A DNA stretch of 53,900 nt, the filler included, from Sphacelaria rigidula (Eukaryota): NCBI GenBank assembly GCA_964200075.2. It is 5 parts of 5 records of this genome, joined end to end, with 100 filler letters (N's around TTAATTAATTAA, not from the genome) between each part and the next. Parts side by side here need not be neighbours in the genome. Positions count along the whole stretch, not along the records: positions 43,201 to 53,900 come from CAXNAA020006064.1; 4 more parts are not named here. One strand, given 5' to 3'. Position numbers and translations under genes: made by a program. Shown in pieces: positions 49,660 through 53,900 of this stretch. Position 1 is the stretch's first letter, and every line of letters begins with the position of its first letter. A model generated the notes under the pieces. That model searched no databases, had not been told where the DNA came from, and saw only the letters and a program-made list of their open reading frames with translations.

Positions 49660-52377
49660 CTGCCGCTGGTGCTCTTGTAGTGTGTTGGGGAGAACGACAC
49701 AGGCTGTATTTGTCACTGCAACGCCCGCACAGTACAGCAGTGCTATCTACCGCATCTCTGAGTGAGAATATTGAACTTAAGTCATTTTCCAATTCTGGCA
49801 ATCTTTACTCGTTTTTTTTTCCTTCTCTGTTTGGTTTGGTTTTTGATTTTTGTGATGTTGGAGGCCGTGTCTTCATCAAATTGTTTTCGACTCCAAAACG
49901 TACGATGTAATCGAATTTCCTCGTAGCTAATACGTGCACGGCATTCATGCTCTCAACCATCTCAGAAAACAAACAGCAGCGTGGACGAATCAGAAACGAG
50001 CGAATATTCGACTCGACCGCACGTTTTTGACACGAAAGCAATGTGATGAGACGTGGCCTGAGTGCCTTTTCTCCCTTGCTTCTCTATTCTGTTTCCCACT
50101 ACGAGTACCTTCTTCCTGCTTTTTTTCTTCTTCAGTTCACCTTGAACGTTTTTTATTTCGATTATTATTTTTGTTTTTCCCGGTGACTCCTCGTGATTTG
50201 AAAGTTATTTATATACTGACTGTATGACGTCAGTCGTCCTTTCCTCACCATCCCGCTTTCCTTGGTGTTGATGGTGCAATCTCTCTTAGGATGAAGAGTG
50301 CAAGGCTCCCCCCGCCCAGTCTCCCCTGCCAGGGGAGTAGTAGTTTTTTATGCGTATTTACAGGGAAATGTTGTAGTCACGGGTCTGAGCAACAAGGCCT
50401 TTGCGGTGATGAGAAATACACGAGAGAAAATAAATAAAAAAGAAAATACTAAGCAGTTACCAGCCACGGAAATCAAACGCACAACAAGGCAAACGTGATA
50501 CTCGTACTCGTCAACCAGGCACTCGGTAACCACCATCCCGATCTTCCCGGCGGGACGCGGTCAAAGCCGGGCTTCTTGGGCTAGGCAGTATGCGGGCACC
50601 GACGCGCACCGAACGCGAAGAGAAGGTTTTGTGCTGTTCAGTTCACTCGCTGGGTCTCTTTTGCTCGTGGTTTTCAAGTGATGCTCCACATGTGTCTCTT
50701 GTAGCTCATCAACTCCATGTAATGCTCTGGTCCATGTACCATAAGACTGCGACGCGGTCAAATCGTCAGTTCGAACCGATGTATGTCAATACGAACGTCT
50801 GTGACTGTATTCTAAAAGGCGAAAGGATCCTCCCGTACAGATCTCCAGATCTTGGCATTGAAGAGGTCGTGACCTCACCCGCCGCTTGGAGCGCCCGCAG
50901 CTGAACGATCAGAATTCGGCGCTCACACATGACTGGTGGTCATGAGGTTGACTAAAGCTGATTTTGTTCCGTGCTTTTGTTCCTGTTGGTACTCCCTATT
51001 CAGAGTGGATGAATCTGTGGTATCTCACCCAGGCGGCTGAAGCGAGGGGTGGATTGCACCATTTGGGGCCATATTTTAATGCGAACCCGGCAGTAGTATA
51101 TGCAGCAGCACACTGCAGTACAACAGTGCGCACAGAAGAAAACAGGCTGGTGTCAGCGAAAAGATTATGGAACCTGAAAATTTGGGAGTTACAGTAGCCC
51201 ACCTTGTGCGGGAACTTGAACCTTGCTCGGTCATGTTGCCGTTCGTTCCTGTGGTCAACTTTCCTTGTGCATCCCGATCTGCCCCAAATCCAGAGCAATA
51301 ATAAACGAACCCACTCGGTTCGGACGTCGTTCAGCAAATATGAGGCGAGGCACCTCATTATCGACGTGATTTCGTGAATCTGCAAGAATCATGCGATTTG
51401 TTCATGTCGACCAACAGTCTCGGCCAAAAACGTTTTCGTCAATCCCAGAGGTTTGCGCGATTGAACTGTTTTCGTCGACCCATATCTATCAAGCTGCGCG
51501 CAGCAATAATCACGGCGAGTGGGCCGAAATCCTCTCAGATAGACAAGTAATTTGCCGACGATCTATCCGCCTTGCCGTCATTTCACGCGAAAAACGTTGC
51601 CGAAGAAGCAAAATACACTACCTCCGCTATTATCGTATTAATAAATAGAATCACTCAACACAGCATGGTGGCACATGAGTCAGGGGTTGGAAAAAATGAA
51701 TTTCTCTACTACATAGTCCGAAGTACAAGGTGTGTTCACCAGTGGGATTGGTGGTTCGCAAGAGGAGCTGCTGCTCAGCCATGGCGCCGTGGTTCCCAGC
51801 GTGGAACGTCAGCCGCTGATAATGTTCCGAAAAGAAATCTGGCGTTCGAAGGGGGTCAACATCTTTGCTTCACTCGTCTGACAGGGTGATGCACTTTCGG
51901 GAGATATCAGTGCACGAGCAGCAGTATTTTTCCCTCGACCAATCCAACGAAAACAGAGGACAAGGTGTGCCTGAGTAATAGGTGTGCCTTGTAGCTATTA
52001 CAGCGCGAACTGTTCACAGCGCATGCCTTACGGCTACAGCTATAGACTAGAGTAATGTAATGCTGTACTGTAGGGCCATCACATATATACCGGCGGTATT
52101 GGTAATGTGTCATTTTCCAGTAGTAGATCACGCCAGGGGGCTGGAAGTGTGAAACATAAATGATGTTAGAATCGGCAGATACATCAATATGGGCTGATGG
52201 ATCATTGGCTTGTCATGGAAGAGGCCGCACACAACGCGCCCCCCCCACCTCCGGACATGCATGGACATGCAAGATCTTGATGTATCCATGGACATAATCA
52301 GGTGGCTGCTGGAACATGACGAGGCGCGCTATATCTGTGGTCTCATATCTAAAACTCCACCCATGACATATGCAAAG

Positions 52378-52449
52378 TCCTTCATAGTCCAATGGTTAGG
52401 ATATCTGACTCTCACTCAGGAGACCCGGGTTCAATTCCCGGTGAGGGAG
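52378..52449 (+). tRNA. tRNA-Glu (anticodon CTC)
   Basis: 72-nt cloverleaf: acceptor TCCTTCA/TGAGGGA, D arm GTCC/GGAT, anticodon arm TCTGA-CTCTCAC-TCAGG, T arm CCGGG-TTCAATT-CCCGG. Followed by TTTT runs (Pol III terminator). Confidence 0.95.
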
Positions 52450-53033
52450 GTTTTGCTTTTGCCGCCTTCCCTGGGCGGCCTGATGGTCCACTTGATTCCC
52501 GCCAGATGCGTTCAGAGTTTTCTGCGAAGCACGAGCTGCACCAGCCTGAAAGCTCACATTTCTCCGGGACATCATAACTTCTCCAGTTCCCCGAATCAAC
52601 ATGGTGTAAGTATATCGCTGTGAAGTGCAGGCCAATCTGCTGATGCACGATCTGCCGCAAGAAAGAAGAAAAATAAATATTCTGCATAATGTATGACCTC
52701 AAAGACGGGATCAGATTCCGCCAAAAAAAAATGTAATTCGAATTCATGATCTTAAGCCCTTGTGGAAGTCTCTTATGCGCCAGATAGGCGACGGGGTGCG
52801 ACGGTAACACACAAAAAAGTGGAATTCACGGGCCAATCTGAGGATTTTAGAGCTGAAATTTACACGTATGCATTACACATAAAAACGCAAAATTCCTCTG
52901 GTACAGTAGCCATAATGTACACTGTATATCTATACGTTGACGTATGACACTTGGAATTTCTGTAAGAATATCAGGCTGGGTCTAATTCTCTCCCTCTCCA
53001 AGGGTCTGTCGAGCGAATTTTTCGGACACGTAG

Positions 53034-53069
<36 letters not shown>

Positions 53070-53900
53070 CCATTCATACCCTCTCCCCCTACTCTTCNNN
53101 NNNNNNNTTTTATTTTTTTTAAAAAGTCTGGCTGTGCTTCCCCCCCCCCCCCCCCCGCCGGGCTGCCGGGGTATTTTTGTCCCCCCCCCCCCCCCCCCCC
53201 CCCCCCTCCCGGAGGGCATTTTTTCGCAAGTTGTCATGATTTTTTCGATTTGCTTTTGTCGAGTTTCTTGCAAGGAATTGATCAATAAACACTGTTTTGA
53301 TTATGTCTGCTAATTTTGTTACAAGAAATTGATCAACAAACGCTGACAAAAACGGAAAAGTTTGGTGGGCTTTGTGGGGTTCGTGTATCTGCTTCTGCTC
53401 CTTGCCCGCTCTGTCCCGATGACCTCGGATGCCGGAGGGTAATTTTCCGACAATTAAAATTATCCTGTTTTTTTCCAATATTTTCTGTTAATTTTATTGT
53501 AAGAAATCAATCAATGAATATTGACAAAATCCGAGGAGTTCGGTGCGCTTTGCGGGGTATATGTTTGCTTCTGCTCCTCTAGATATTTGTTTATATAGTT
53601 ATTACAGGTATAATATATAATATATATGAGGATCATATGTTATATATTATATAACATCTATATATATATTAATATATAGTTGTATAATATAGTATATGCT
53701 GCCCCTTGATGAATATTCATGTATATAATTATGTACAATATAAATATATATTGGTTATAATATATGCAGTATAGTTTATATTAACCCTTTTAGGACCGGA
53801 TCCCCACTAACACAGGGTTGACCCTGTGTTAGTAGAATAATAAAAAATATGTCTTCGAGCGACCTACCCAATCACAGCGAGGCGAAATTTATCGACCAGA

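Overview
Eukaryotic, intron-rich and repeat-rich DNA. A brown alga or related stramenopile is inferred from the 5S sequence, long introns and AC-rich splice acceptors. The window is an artificial concatenation of five exactly 10,700-bp pieces (1-10700, 10801-21500, 21601-32300, 32401-43100, 43201-53900), joined by 100-bp N/TTAATTAATTAA/N linkers, so adjacency across linkers is meaningless. Piece 1 holds six exons of an SPF45/RBM17-like G-patch splicing factor, cut off before its UHM domain. Piece 2 is MITEs, minisatellites, SINE and LINE debris. Piece 3 holds a decayed APE+RT LINE, a ~59-bp satellite and a 5S rRNA-like copy interrupted by a ~70-bp short retroposon. Piece 4 holds a decayed Ty3/Gypsy LTR retrotransposon. 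Its pol carries a complete but catalytically divergent C5 cytosine-methyltransferase-like fold between RNase H and integrase, plus chromo-like and Tudor-like domains after the integrase. This is the most interesting signal in the window. Piece 5 holds three 5' exons of an atlastin GTPase (minus strand) and an intact tRNA-Glu(CTC). All domain calls are by-eye motif recognition, not database searches.
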